Shown here piece by piece: positions 25,011-37,379 of a DNA stretch of 64,000 nucleotides; position 1 is the stretch's first letter, and every line of letters starts with the position of its first letter. The DNA is from Octopus bimaculoides. Its lineage: Eukaryota. Below the pieces are notes generated by a model that saw only the letters and a program-made list of their open reading frames with translations, had not been told where the DNA came from and made no database searches. A program made the position numbers and the translations under genes. The DNA lies in NCBI RefSeq assembly GCF_001194135.2, contig NC_068999.1, positions 33,357,925-33,421,924 of the forward strand. Reading direction: 5' to 3'.

Positions 25011-25758
25011 AAAAAAAAGCAAGAGAAAAAACAGGACTATATCATGATGCATGAAGCATACATAATGCATCTGAACACACACACACCACATATTTATACA
25101 GACTAATAACAGTTTTGGATTTGCCATGTTGCTAATAGAAAAAACAGTTAAATAAAAAAAATGATGTTTCCATTATTTGATTCAACCCCAGTAGGTAAGT
25201 TTTGTCTGAAAAGGGTTGGGGAGTTCAACACAACAAATTAAGGATTTTAAGTGTCCTCACTATGAACTGTACATTGTATTGTGGATTCTGTCTTGTCATA
25301 GTATGACTCAGTGAATTAGGGCAACTTCTTGGCATGTGACAGTATGAAGCCATTACCCTGTATTCTAGGCCAGTTATAAAAGTTGTAATATAGTTTTATC
25401 TGGCAGTATTTCATCTGCCGTTATGTTATGAGTTCAAATTCTGCCGAAGTCGATTAAAAAAAGTTGATGTAATTGACTTAATCCCCTTATCTGTCCTTGT
25501 TTGTCCTCTCTATGTTTAGCCCCCTGTGGGCTATAAAAGAAATATAGTTTTATCTTCAGAAACAATTTTGTACACACACAGAAAAAGATACACACATACA
25601 TGTATGCAGAATTTGTAAATTGCTTATTTTCACTTCAGCAGAAAGACACAAGTTTATTTATAGGTCTAATAGATGAGAATTTGTGATATTCATGCCTTTT
25701 TCAAAATCATTATTGATGTAAGTGAAGGAAGTTTTCAGCCAAACAGCCCCTTTGCCCT

Positions 25759-25994
25759 GACTACATTGTCACAAAATCTCTGTTGCTACGACTACATTGT
25801 TGCAAAATCTCTGTCACTATGACTGCACAGTAGCAAAATCTCTGTTGCTATGACTACATTGTAGCAAAATCTCTGTTACTATGGCTAAATTGTAATAAAA
25901 TCTCTGTTGCTCTGAGTACACTGTAGCAAAATCTCTGTTATCATGACTACACTGTAGCAAAACTTCTATTGCTATGACTACATTGTTGTAAAAT
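25759..25994. repeat. 31-bp minisatellite, ~7.5 units
   Basis: Consensus gcaaaatctctgttgctatgactacattgta. Confidence 0.9.
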
Positions 25995-26352
25995 TCCGAT
26001 TTCTACAAATACTCTTTACAAGAACTTACTCTGCTGTCATTGTACCCTTCTACTCAACCAAATCTTGAAATGTCAGGAATTATGCAAGGAATTCTAACTT
26101 TAGTCTGTTTCTGTGAGGAGTTAATCCAGAATCTTTTCATTACACTTTAGCAATACATTGACTTTGTTATTGTTTGTTTTTGTTCATAATTTGCCTTCTT
26201 GAAATGTCAGCTTGGCACAAGAATTATTCTTCAAGAGTTCTACAAGTGCAAAAACCCCATATTTTATAGAATCTCAAGTCTTTTGGTGTTTTACTGACAT
26301 TTCAACCTTTTTAATAATAAATGTTGAATGTCCTGGAGACTATCAGATGTGA

Positions 26353-26386
<34 letters not shown>

Positions 26387-26935
26387 ATATGTGATGGTAT
26401 GGTGAGAGTAATTAAGTGGTGTGTAGTACTACTAGTAGTAATAGTGTTGGTTGTGGTAGTGTGTGGTAGTTGTGTTCTATTCTTGTTGACACTTGTTAAA
26501 GTAGACATCATTTCTGAATATTCTTGTTGGTGTTGTAGTACCAATATTATGAAGATAGTGGTGTCTTGTGACTATTGTTGTTCCTGAGGTTCCAGTATAT
26601 TTTGTGGTATCTACAGAGATTGGGGTGTCTTTATGACCATTGTTGTTGAGGCTGTAGGGTATTTGCTGCCTTACCTTAGAAAATTTTTTATTATTTCATT
26701 GTTGTTTTTGTTGTTGTTGATATTCTTCTTCTTCTTCTTCTTCTTCTTCTTAAGGCAGTGAGATGGTAGAATTGCTAACATGCCGGGCCGGGTGGAATGT
26801 TTAGTGATATTTCATCCGTCTTTATGTTCTAAGTTCAAATTCTGCCAGTTGATAAAATAAGTACCAGTGAAACACTGGGGTCAATGTAATTTTGGGTCTT
26901 ATGCCCTTAGTAGAAAGGACTATTATTATTATTGA

Positions 26936-27128
26936 TTGAAAGAGCAGTGCATGCCATCAAAGTGATACTGGGGTAAAATATATGAAGCCCAGTATACCCA
27001 TAATGACTCCTCATCTGATAGGGGTATATCAGGCACATGCATCACAACCATATGTGCGCAACATGGTAATCTCATATCAAGGTAAACAGAGCATGACCTT
27101 GCAGGTGGGTCCCAGTTAGAATTTTCTT
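26936..27128 (-). mobile_element. TAA-associated repeat family X, 5'-truncated
   Basis: Reverse complement of 49480-49631 (aaaattctaactggg..gatgggtata..ttttaccccagt..gcactgctct), ending in an (ATT)n run. Confidence 0.8.
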
Positions 27129-27143
27129 ACCCTAACCCTAACC

Positions 27144-27760
27144 TCTTTCTCTACTTGCTCTCTTCATGTTTAGATGATCCTTTAGTTCATCCTCTGTCTA
27201 CTTCAGAATTCCAGTGCCTTGTTGAACCACTGCAACTGTACCATGAATTTATTGCCAAAATTATGTTTCTGGCATTCAACTTTGAATTCAGTATTTTTCT
27301 CAGTCACCACAAATGCTCTTTTGTTGTCTTTTCTTTCATATCTTTATGTTTAATAGCCTCTGCCTCAAGTATTCCCAGGTATTTATATCTAGATTCAAGT
27401 TCAATTGCCTTCATCATTTCATCACTTGACATACATATACTTTCTGTTCCGGCAAACTTTCCTCATCTCATCACCATCACAACACATTTTGAAAGTCTAA
27501 ACTCCATCTTGATATCATTTGAGAAAATATGCACAGAGTGGACTAGACTCTCCAGTTCTGTCTCACGTTTTGTGAACAACTTCAAATCAACCATAAATAA
27601 CAGGTGATTAAGCTTTCCATTGCCACTTCTCAGATCATACCCCAAATCTGTCTTCAGCAGTATTTCACTCAAAAGAATCATTCCCAGTACAAAGATTAGT
27701 GGGGATACATTGTTCCTCCAGAAGATTCCTCTCCTGCTGTTAATTCAGTTCTCTTTCTGC
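27144..27760 (-). mobile_element. Dong/R4-clade LINE RT fragment
   Basis: GKLNHLLFMVDLKLF..MEFRLSKC, then YKYLG-like (tataaatacctgggaata on the minus strand). Confidence 0.8.
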
Positions 27761-28244
27761 TACTCCATACATTTCCATAGTAGTAGTAGTAGTAGAAGCA
27801 ACAGCAGTAGTAGGTGTAAAGACTGTGAATTGACTATTGCTGTAGAATACAAAACCAATTGTTTTCAGGGCAATAATTGATATAACGAACTATATTACTC
27901 TGCTACAAAAGCAAGCTTTGTGTCTGAGTAATAAATTATTAAAAATTCATTAACAAAAATAATTAAAGTTAATTTGTTGTAATGCAAGAGCAACCCAATA
28001 GTTTGGATGATTGTGTGTTTTCAGATAGAATCATGAATTTTGAGGTGAATGCTTAGATTGCTCAGAAGCAGAGTTTTGATGCCACAAACAACTGTTATTC
28101 TTATTGGATTCTTGATCTTTCTTTAAGAAATTATTAGAACAGTTGTTGTTGATGATATTACATACATACTTATGTGTGTTTTGGTGATGATGGCTAAGAC
28201 GCACATGCACACGCACACAGACACACATGCACTTTAGGTTAATT

Positions 28245-28553
28245 AAAATATGTTTGTAACATATTTTAACTTCAAAAGGCAAATTCACTGCAGTTACCAT
28301 GGAAAAAAGTTCTCATTCATGGTAAAAGGTGTAAAAACTGTTCAGTGTCTCTCACTTGTTGACTCCTAGATGCATTTCAAGTTCTTTAGCCTTCCTCAGT
28401 AGGAGATACTGAAGAGAGACAACCTTCGGTGAGTCCATTAGTGGAAGACACTGAGCAGATAAGGTGTTTTACACCTTTCGCCGTAAGCAAGAATTTTTTG
28501 GTAACTGCTGTGAGTTTGCCTTTAAAAGTTCAAATATGTCATAAGCATATTTT
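28245..28553. mobile_element. Fold-back MITE immediately upstream of a FAIM-like exon
   Basis: aaaatatg..catattttaacttcaaaaggcaaattcactgcagttacc..aaaggtgtaaaa..cagtgtct versus agacactg..ttttacaccttt..ggtaactgctgtgagtttgcctttaaaagttcaaatatg..catatttt. Confidence 0.8.
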
Positions 28554-28647
28554 GACTAAAGTTTCTTTATTCCTCATCGCTGCTTACTGCTGATACTACT
28601 GCTTATATATATACATATAATTTAAACTTATTTGTTTCTTTTTCCAG

Positions 28648-28760
28648 CAAAAAATCTTCTTCCTTGCTCATCGAAGGGGATCAGTATATCCCTGAACAGC
28701 GATCCTGGGTCAGGTTATGGACTGTTAATTTAGATAATATTTTTTATTATATTAAATACC
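28648..28760 (+). CDS. FAIM: FAIM-like gene, internal coding exon (xKKSSSLLIEGDQYIPEQRSWVRLWTVNLDNIFYYIKY)
   Basis: Polypyrimidine tract tttgtttctttttccAG acceptor and C|GTGAGT donor. 113 nt, open in one frame (phase 2 in, phase 1 out). Aligns by eye with the FAIM linker and start of the C-terminal domain (human recalled as YTLEING..EDRSKTTNTWVLHMDGENFRIVL). Confidence 0.78.
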
Positions 28761-28824
28761 GTGAGTATGATCCTTTAACTACCTCTGTTAAGTTGTTTTC
28801 ATTATCATGTATATATTTCTTCTC

Positions 28825-29145
28825 CATGAAGGCATGTGGTTAAGCATTTAGAGCATTTGGCTCACAATCGTAAGGTCATAATTTTAATTCCCAATGGCAC
28901 ATTGTATCTTTGAGCAAGACACTGTATTTCTCATTGCTTCTGTCTACCCAGCTGGCAAAAATGAGTTGTACTTGTAGTTCAAAAGCCCAGCCTTGTCACA
29001 TTCTGTGTCATGCTGAATCTCTCTGAGAACTACATTAATGTTTGTGGAATGCTCAGCCACTTGCACATTAATTTCATCAGCAGGTTGTTCGGTTGATTGG
29101 ATCAACTAGAACACTCATTATCATAACTGATGAAGTGCCAGTTCT
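28825..29145 (+). mobile_element. SINE family C in a FAIM-like intron
   Basis: Same head, core and tail as 18948-19265. Confidence 0.75.
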
Positions 29146-30830
29146 AAAAGTTCTATTTCTTCTCTGTTACATGTCCACTATGTTTTGTTCTGTTTAATAT
29201 TTAATATATCATAACTATCCATTAGATCCTATTAAAAACTGGGTAGAGCATGACACTAAATAATTGACCATCATTAGTTATCCTATTGTAGTATCTCTGC
29301 TGTTATGTGTTTGTGACAAGCAGGCCAGACTACCTCACTCTCAGTTGATTGTCAGCCTAACATTGTTGTACATTTTATCACCTGACTGAAGCTGACTAAT
29401 GTAAATTAAATGGAATTGTAAATGAATCTGACTGAAATATACACAACAGATTATCATCAAGCATTATGACAAAGCACATATAAAAAATGTCCCAATGCAA
29501 ACAACATAATGAACAATGAAGCAAAGATTTTCACAACACAAATATTGAAGGTTGTGTAGAATGCTCCACTCTGGCAAAAACCTACATAACATTCAAAGTT
29601 CATAAGGAAAACTTTATATCCTATTCAAAATGCAAGTTCTTTAATCTTATGAAAAATGAACTGAAATAAACTTAGTTGTTATTGATTAACTGCAGATTGA
29701 ATAGATCTATGATCAAAGACACTCTAGATGTGACCATCTCACCTTATTTTCAGGTGTTAGTGTATCTAGGACTAAAAGTTAAATGTATCTTTCTCTTCAT
29801 TAACAAGGTAGAATGTGATTTGAGGGAGATTTGGTTGCCATTTTTTGAAGATTCAGTTACTTAGATGGTAACCAAACCTACATCATGGACTCAGTCTGTT
29901 GCTAAGTTCTTGTTTGAAAGATTGAATGAAGAAAAGAGGAATGATTGATGGAATGGAAGAATGAATTAATAAATGAATGAATAGAAAGAGGAATGGCTGA
30001 ATGAAGAAATGAACAAATAGAGGAATGAATGAATGGATGGAAAAATGAACGAATAATGGAATAGATGAATAAGCATATCCGTGCTTTGTATAAAACCAAA
30101 ATAGAGTTATTCACTTTCACCTTCTCACCCAGCTCTACCACTTGTCTGTTGTGTCTCACAGACTATCAGAACTATTGTTACTGTAAAGGTTGTTATTTGA
30201 TTTACTGTAGATCAATGAAGGAAACAGAAAAGTGGTATAATTCCAGTGAATTGCTCTGATGTTAATAATACCCAGTACAATATTCTGTTTTGTACCAAAT
30301 TCCACATTAATAAGCACTGCCAAAGTGGCTTTCAAAAACAACTAGTACAGTGCTAAGTTCTTTATCAAATCTACATTAATATACATTGTGAATATTTCAT
30401 TCCTTAATAAACAATGTTGTTTCACAGAAGTATTGTTGCATAGAAACTTAGCAGACATGTCTATAAGGATTTACTTGAATGATGCATATAGATTTATTGG
30501 ACATCTCTTTCGGGGTTTAGTGAATGGGTGTATAGGAAATTAGGATACAGTTCTATAGAGACAGAGCGACACTTCTGTAGGAACAGAGTGTTATCTGTTG
30601 AGTGTGAAGTCTATCTGGCTTATATGTTTGTCTGAGTGGTAGGCAATAAGGTGGATGGCCAATTTCCTGAATTTAGTGCTAAAAATGGGTATATATTTGG
30701 ATTTACAAATAAGAGAAAAGAATACTTAATCTAAATAGAAAAGTTTGCTCATTTGTTTGATGGTGCAGCTTCCCTCCACAGTGTCACTCTGAGTTTTGTG
30801 TTGTCTCTTCTTACAGAATCTTACTACTGT

Positions 30831-32645
30831 ATCATCATCATCATCGTTTAACGTCCGCTTTCCATGCTAGCATGGGTTGGACGACTTGACTGAGGACTGG
30901 TGAAACCGGATGGCAACACCAGGCTCCAATCTAAATTTGGCAGAGTTTCTACAGCTGGATGCCCTTCCAAACGCCAACCACTCAGAGAGTGTAGTAGGTG
31001 CTTTTACGTGTCACCTGCACGAAGGCCAGTCAGGCGATACTGGCAACGGCCACGCTCGAAATGGTGTCTTTTATGTGCCNNNNNNNNNNNNNNNNNNNNN
31101 NNNNNNNNNNNNNNNNNNNNNNNNNNNNNNNNNNNNNNNNNNNNNNNNNNNNNNNNNNNNNNNNNNNNNNNNNNNNNNNNNNNNNNNNNNNNNNNNNNNN
31201 NNNNNNNNNNNNNNNNNNNNNNNNNNNNNNNNNNNNNNNNNNNNNNNNNNNNNNNNNNNNNNNNNNNNNNNNNNNNNNNNNNNNNNNNNNNNNNNNNNNN
31301 NNNNNNNNNNNNNNNNNNNNNNNNNNNNNNNNNNNNNNNNNNNNNNNNNNNNNNNNNNNNNNNNNNNNNNNNNNNNNNNNNNNNNNNNNNNNNNNNNNNN
31401 NNNNNNNNNNNNNNNNNNNNNNNNNNNNNNNNNNNNNNNNNNNNNNNNNNNNNNNNNNNNNNNNNNNNNNNNNNNNNNNNNNNNNNNNNNNNNNNNNNNN
31501 NNNNNNNNNNNNNNNNNNNNNNNNNNNNNNNNNNNNNNNNNNNNNNNNNNNNNNNNNNNNNNNNNNNNNNNNNNNNNNNNNNNNNNNNNNNNNNNNNNNN
31601 NNNNNNNNNNNNNNNNNNNNNNNNNNNNNNNNNNNNNNNNNNNNNNNNNNNTGGCTTCATTCCTTGCGAGCTTACGTATGTCCTCAGCAGTTACAGCCCA
31701 TGTTTCACTGCCATGTAGCATGGCTGTTCGTACACATGTGTCATACAGTCTGCCTTTTACTCTGAGTGAGAGTCCCTTTGTCGCCAGCAGGAGTAAGAGC
31801 TCTCTAAACTTTGCCCAGGCTATTCTTATTCTAGCAGCTACACTTTCAGTGCACCCACCCCCACTACTAACTTGGTCGCCCAGATAGCGGAAGCTATCGA
31901 CTACCTCTAGTTTTTCACCCTGGAATGAGATAGAAGTTGTTTCCTGTTTGTTTACAGTCTTTGTTGCACCTGAACATCTGCCACAAACAAAGACTAACTT
32001 CCTAGTTAACTTGCATTTGATGTTGCTGCACCTCTTATGTGTCCATAGCTTGCACCGGGTACATCTTATAGAGTTACTACATACTCCTTTTCTACATACT
32101 GAGCAGGGCCATCTACCTGAAGGGGTTTGTGTTTTATCTACCTTCCTACTTATTAGGATTTTGGTTTTAGCTAGGTTGACTCTAAGGCCCNNNNNNNNNN
32201 NNNNNNNNNNNNNNNNNNNNNNNNNNNNNNNNNNNNNNNNNNNNNNNNNNNNNNNNNNNNNNNNNNNNNNNNNNNNNNNNNNNNNNNNNNNNNNNNNNNN
32301 NNNNNNNNNNNNNNNNNNNNNNNNNNNNNNNNNNNNNNNNNNNNNNNGTGGACCCCCTACCTCTACCCGGAATTCATTGCTGTACTCATTTCCAACCCTC
32401 ACCTTACTGGCAGCATCTCTGTACATGGCTCGCACAGCTCTCACTAACCATTCTTCTATCCCAAGTTTCCTCATTGACCACCAGATAAGGGATCGGGGGA
32501 CCCTGTCAAAGGCTTTCTCCATGTCAACGAAAGCCAGGTACAGAGGTTTATCCTTGGCTAGGTATTTCTCCTGCAGCTGTCTTACTAGAAATAAGGCATC
32601 AGTAGTGCTTTTACCTGGCACGAACCCAAACTGCATCTCATCTAA
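30831..32645 (-). mobile_element. RTE-clade LINE, 5'-truncated, antisense in a FAIM-like intron
   Basis: QFGFVPGKSTTDA..AFVDMEKAFDRVPR, GLRVNLAKTK, FRYLGD, RIRIAWAKFREL..KGRLY..CVRTAMLHGSETW, with no stops in the sequenced segments. Family D 3' tail at 30831-31079. Confidence 0.93.
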
Positions 32646-32766
32646 ATTGTATATATTTACAAATATCCAAATACGTACATTCTAGTCTTAGTTATCTTAG
32701 CTTGCACAAATATATATAAAATGGTTAAAGAGAACTGATTTATAATTCCAGTAATTTCCATTTCAG

Positions 32767-32816
32767 ATTATGGCACTGGCTCAGTAAATTGTAATGGAGA
32801 TTTCCTTAAAACAATT
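32767..32816 (+). CDS. FAIM: FAIM-like gene, 50-nt coding exon (HYGTGSVNCNGDFLKTI)
   Basis: tttccatttcAG acceptor and ATT|GTAAGT donor. Phase 1 in and phase 0 out, matching both neighbouring exons. VxCNGxxLxT matches FAIM VWCNGKKLET. Confidence 0.85.
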
Positions 32817-33095
32817 GTAAGTGTTTGAAAATTCTTTTATTAATACCATCGTAACTTGTTGACCTTTAAAACTGAAGTTTCACAATCATTAAATGTTAAA
32901 ATATTATATTGCGTAACACATTAGATATTTGAAAAATGTTGATTATTACAAAGGAAGCCATAGTTGTGTAATTGAGAAGGTTGTTTCCCAATCTGTGGTC
33001 TTAGGTTCAGTTCCATTGCATGGCAGCTTGAGTAAGTGTCTTCCACTATAGCCCTTGTGAGTGTATTTGGTAGATGGAAACTGGAAGAAGCTTGT

Positions 33096-33132
<37 letters not shown>

Positions 33133-33135
<3 letters not shown>

Positions 33136-33540
33136 CGCAGGTGTGGCTGTGCGCTAAGAAGCTTATTTCCCAACCACATGGTTCCAGATTCAGTGCCATT
33201 GTATGGCACTATAATCTCGAGCTGAGCAAAGCCTTGTGAGTGGATTTGGTCGATGGAAACTGAAAGAAGCCCGTCAAATATATATATATATATATGTATG
33301 TATGTATATATATTTATGTGTGTGTGTATCTTTGTGTTTGTATTTGTCTCTCCCCACCATCACTTGACAACCAATGTGTGGTATGTTTTTGTCCCCATAA
33401 CTTAGCAGTTTGGCAAAAGAGACTGATAGAATAAGTACTAGGCTTACAAAGAATAAATCCTTGGATCGATTTCTTCTACTAAAACCCTTTAAGGTGGTGC
33501 TCTAGTATGACTGCAGTGAAATGACTAAACCATGTAAACG
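33133..33540 (+). mobile_element. SINE family A, flanked by partial copies at ~32960-33100 and ~33590-33775
   Basis: Full head, core and tail; clustered copies lie in the last intron of the FAIM-like gene. Confidence 0.8.
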
Positions 33541-34696
33541 AATATATATATATATATATATATATATGCATGTATATATGTATGCATTTGGGTTTGAGTC
33601 TGTCCCCCACCACTGCTTGACAAACAGTGTTGGTTCGTCAATGTTCATAACTTAGCGCTTTGACAAAAAGGACTGATAGAATAAGTACTAGGTCTCAAAA
33701 AATAATACTGGGGTCAATTTGTTTGACTAAACCCTGCAGGGCTTAGTCCAATGACTAAAATAAGTAAAAGATAAAAGTGTTAACGTTTTAGAGGTTAAAA
33801 TAAACATACAAATCATTACATGCTTACATTACTAGGTGATGATGATTCTGGTGGTGGTGGTGGTGGTGGTGATGAATATGATAGTGATAATTGTGATGAT
33901 AGTGATGATGATAGCAATGAAAATGGTTGTAGTGCTAAGGGTGATCATTAACAAGATGATTAACCTTCAGAAAAATACCTTGTCGTATCCTGTTACATTT
34001 GTATGAAAACGAATAAAGAAGTCTGTTGTGATTTTTTATAAACAAAATTTTATTCTTTTTGTACACAAAATCAACAAATATTGTTGTGACTAAGAATGAC
34101 AAAATGTCGAGAGAGTTTGAATGTTCTTGTTCTTGGTGTAATTGTAGTAGTAATTAAAAAGTTAGCTGCTGGTCATTGTGTTGCTGTTGTTGAACATGCA
34201 TTCTGGTTGTTGTCAACTTGGGTCAACAACTATCCACATTTGTTTGCCATCTGTCTGCCATCTCATCTCTATCAGCTCTCAATGCTCTCTCAAAGCTCTC
34301 TATCAAGTAGTCAAGGTGTGCCTAATTTATACTGATGGTAAGGTTCAGAAAGCAGCATGCCAAAAGATGAAATTGTCCACACAAAGACAACATTGTAAGA
34401 AACCATTATTATTATGATTTTTTAATCCTGCGCTACATGATGGGGAAGGTTATGACAATATTGTTGGTAGTGATGGTGGTGGTAGTGGTGGTGGTGGTGA
34501 TAATGATGTTTCTGGTGGTGGTGTTAGTGATAAATATGACTGTGATAATGTTGGTGACGGTTGTAGTGATTATAGTGATGATGATGATGACGATGATAAT
34601 GATGACGATGATAATGATGATGTGGATAAGTTTGACGGTGGTGATGACAACAGTAATGGTGCTTTAATTAATTGTTCTATTTTATCTAAATTTCAG

Positions 34697-34837
34697 AGTG
34701 GCTTCAGCAAGGAAGGACCTCAGACCATCTTTCTTATTGGCACCCATGAGGCCTGTATACAGACAGTAACCAATGGTGTTAACAAGTATGGCTGCGTTCA
34801 CACTCTCAAAGTCAATGGAGAGATTGTACCAGAATAG
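34697..34837 (+). CDS. FAIM: FAIM-like gene, terminal coding exon (SGFSKEGPQTIFLIGTHEACIQTVTNGVNKYGCVHTLKVNGEIVPE*)
   Basis: aatttcAG acceptor, phase 0, ends in TAG. Ungapped match to the FAIM C-terminus as recalled (GEFVDDGTETHFSIGNHDCYIKAVSSGKRKEGIIHTLIVDNREIPE), terminating at an equivalent position. Confidence 0.88.
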   Translation, partial: SGFSKEGPQTIFLIGTHEACIQTVTNGVNKYGCVHTLKVNGEIVPE

Positions 34838-36320
34838 AACAGGTGCTGTTCTTACTGCCTCTCTCTTGGAGAGAGAGAAAGTGAGAGCAGTGAGAAGGAA
34901 GGGTAGAAATGAAAATATTGCGAATGAAGGATGGGGAAGTAGACAAAGCAAAAGAAAAGACAGGGGGGAGTGGGGGGAGAGAGATATAAAAAAAAGAAGA
35001 GAATAACTAGAAAAGAGGAGCCTAAAAGAGACAGTGATAGAGAAAGAAGAATTAGACAAAAATTAAGTTAAGCATGAGTGAGTGAGAGAGACAATGAGTG
35101 AATGAAAGAGTGACAGAGAAAGCCTGAGAAAAAGTAAAACTGAAATGGTTAGAAAGATATGTGAGAGAGGGAATGATCAACAGATAGACCAGTAGGTAGA
35201 TAGACAAATGAACATGTGTATAGATGAATAGATAGACAGATGTAAAACCTGAAGCTGTCATTTGGAAGCTAGTTTTAAGAGTAACAATGGGAACATTTAG
35301 TGACTGGTAGGACTCAGTATTGAAAGTAGAATCAAATTTATAATATATGTCATGTTGATTGGGACTTCCAAGTTTTGCCTAAGGATTTATTCAATCAGAG
35401 GTTGAGCAAGCCATCAGGCAAGACTTAAAGTCTGACAGTGTGCAACAGAAAGACTGATAGGTACATAGATATTTAGTTACGTGTATAGATAAAGAGACAA
35501 ATTCTTAATAAAACCAAAAAAACAGATAAACAAATTGTATGNNNNNNNNNNNNNNNNNNNNNNNNNNNNNNNNNNNNNNNNNNNNNNNNNNNNNNNNNNN
35601 NNNNNNNNNNNNNNNNNNNNNNNNNNNNNNNNNNNNNNNNNNNNNNNNNNNNNNNNNNNNNNNNNNNNNNNNNNNNNNNNNNNNNNNNNNNNNNNNNNNN
35701 NNNNNNNNNNNNNNNNNNNNNNNNNNNNNNNNNNNNNNNNNNNNNNNNNNNNNNNNNNNNNNNNNNNNNNNNNNNNNNNNNNNNNNNNNNNNNNNNNNNN
35801 NNNNNNNNNNNNNNNNNNNNNNNNNNNNNNNNNNNNNNNNNNNNNNNNNNNNNNNNNNNNNNNNNNNNNNNNNNNNNNNNNNNNNNNNNNNNTATATATA
35901 TATATATATATATATGTGCATGTGTTACATATTTCGAATTGTGTTTGTGTGAGTCAGTACTTAGTGTCTCAATTTCGGTTTCCAGGAGACTCAGTAGCAA
36001 CTCACACATTCAGTTCTGAATGAATATTATTATTCTGCTCTATCTAACTATTTTTCTAATTTCTTTGCTAAATTTCATTTTGCACCAGTATGAGACCTCC
36101 ATTTACTTATATATGCAGATACACACACACATAATATATATATATGTAAGCATGTATATATACGCATTTGTGTGTATGTGTATGCATATGCACACATACA
36201 TACACACATGCTCACACACAAACACAAACACACACAGGGCCTGAAATGTTGCCAGTGACAAACCTTGAAAGATACAGACAACTTTACATATAATTTGAAT
36301 GTTAGTTCTGTGAAACTCTG

Positions 36321-36366
<46 letters not shown>

Positions 36367-37335
36367 TAGTTTTAGGGAAAATAACCAATTTTCAAGAACT
36401 CATCGATGAAAATCCACTATCACATATAGAAAAATTAATAATTAAAAGCACAATAAATGAGTATAATATAAAGTAAAGTANNNNNNNNNNNNNNNNNNNN
36501 NNNNNNNNNNNNNNNNNNNNNNNNNNNNNNNNNNNNNNNNNNNNNNNNNNNNNNNNNNNNNNNNNNNNNNNNNNNNNNNNNNNNNNNNNNNNNNNNNNNN
36601 NNNNNNNNNNNNNNNNNNNNNNNNNNNNNNNNNNNNNNNNNNNNNNNNNNNNNNNNNNNNNNNNNNNNNNNNNNNNNNNNNNNNNNNNNNNNNNNNNNNN
36701 NNNNNNNNNNNNNNNNNNNNNNNNNNNNNNNNNNNNNNNNNNNNNNNNNNNNNNNNNNNNNNNNNNNNNNNNNNNNNNNNNNNNNNNNNNNNNNNNNNNN
36801 NNNNNNNNNNNNNNNNNNNNNNNNNNNNNNNNNNNNNNNNNNNNNNNNNNNNNNNNNNNNNNNNNNNNNNNNNNNNNNNNNNNNNNNNNNNNNNNNNNNN
36901 NNNNNNNNNNNNNNNNNNNNNNNNNNNNNNNNNNNNNNNNNNNNNNNNNNNNNNNNNNNNNNNNNNNNNNNNNNNNNNNNNNNNNNNNNNNNNNNNNNNN
37001 NNNNNNNNNNNNNNNNNNNNNNNNNNNNNNNNNNNNNNNNNNNNNNNNNNNNNNNNNNNNNNNNNNNNNNNNNNNNNNNNNNNNNNNNNNNNNNNNNNNN
37101 NNNNNNNNNNNNNNNNNNNNNNNNNNNNNNNNNNNNNNNNNNNNNNNNNNNNNNNNNNNNNNNNNNNNNNNNNNNNNNNNNNNNNNNNNNNNNNNNNNNN
37201 NNNNNNNNNNNNNNNNNNNNNNNNNNNNNNNNNNNNNNNNNNNNNNNNNNNNNNNNNNNNNNNNNNNNNNNNNNNNNNNNNNNNNNNNNNNNNNNNNNNN
37301 NNNNNNNNNNNNNNNNNNNNNNNNNNNNNNNNNNN

Positions 37336-37379
<44 letters not shown>

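Noticed and set aside
25759-25994. CRISPR-like repeat array
   Set aside because: Units are contiguous with no unique spacers, there are no cas genes, and the context is eukaryotic.
34300-34400. Alternative exon VKVCLIYTDGKVQK as FAIM middle exon
   Set aside because: Donor phases do not join the terminal exon; 32767-32816 fits both phase and motif.
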